A DNA stretch of 64,000 nucleotides. It comes from Raillietiella orientalis (taxonomy: Eukaryota). A model generated the notes under the pieces. It did not search any database and was not told the DNA's origin. It saw only the letters and a list, made by a program, of their open reading frames with translations. The stretch's first letter is position 1. The number at the start of each line of letters is the position of its first letter. Shown here one piece after another: positions 63,401-64,000 of the stretch. The stretch covers positions 2,294,001 through 2,358,000 of the forward strand of contig JAYWIR010000021.1 of assembly GCA_036172245.1 (NCBI GenBank), in the 5' to 3' direction. Made by a program: the position numbers and the translations under genes.

Positions 63401-64000
63401 TATCCCAAGATTACAGCAAGACTATTTGGTGTACGTGTTAATTATTTCAAGCATCACTACATTTTGCATGTTAGCTTGTGACAGGTTTATTGCAGTTGTA
63501 GTCAAACTAGAAAGTGGAGATATCGCTAGAAATATTTTCCGAGTTGTTCGCTTTGAAAGCATCCATCTGAAGGTATTGGTTTGATTTTAAGTAATGAATG
63601 ATGTGCTTCCAACTAAAACAAATAGAATAATTTTCTGGTTTTCTTAGTATTTACAGTAACAGTGCGCTTTCATGGACCAAACTGAGCAGTTATCCCTTTC
63701 CAGAATAAGGATGTATTCAAGGACTAGCAGCCTATATAGTACTCAGGTGCAGAAATAAAATTTGCACTTAATACGAGATTTAATCATTCATATCAGGATC
63801 TGTATACAGTTGTCCATAATATCTGTACTTTTCATTGCCAAATTGAATTCATTTTTTGTTTATATTGCACATTAATAAAAATTTCTGGGGAGACAGTGTC
63901 TTCATTTTATTTTTATGATGTAAATTACTAGGCTTTGATGTGTTAGCAAATTTTTACAGCCAGTTAAAAAACCTAAAGCTGAAGATTTCACACAATTCTC

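Overview
Eukaryotic (arthropod-like) genomic DNA, not prokaryotic. Almost all ORFs in the supplied track are spurious products of GC-rich sequence. The only convincing host gene is the 5' part of a synaptotagmin-4/11-like gene on the minus strand: two phase-matched exons at 10975-10799 and 4680-4416, a candidate first coding exon at 17110-17071, and the C2 exons presumably outside the window. Its intron carries a U6 snRNA pseudogene lacking the internal stem-loop. The rest is a dense graveyard of dead, frameshifted transposable elements recognised only by eye from degenerate motifs: L1/Tx1-like, RLE-type (CRE-, HERO/NeSL-, R4/Dong-like) and CR1/L2-like LINEs, Ty3/Gypsy, DIRS/Ngaro, EnSpm/CACTA, Tc1/mariner, Merlin, P/THAP9 and Tigger. 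There is also an ankyrin-repeat pseudogene. The clearest structures are an Hsmar1-type mariner with both ITRs split by a 5'-truncated LINE with a ~19-20 bp TSD, and a covarying 3' stem-loop shared by two diverged LINE copies. I found no intact novel protein-coding system. TE boundaries are approximate, and no database search was run.
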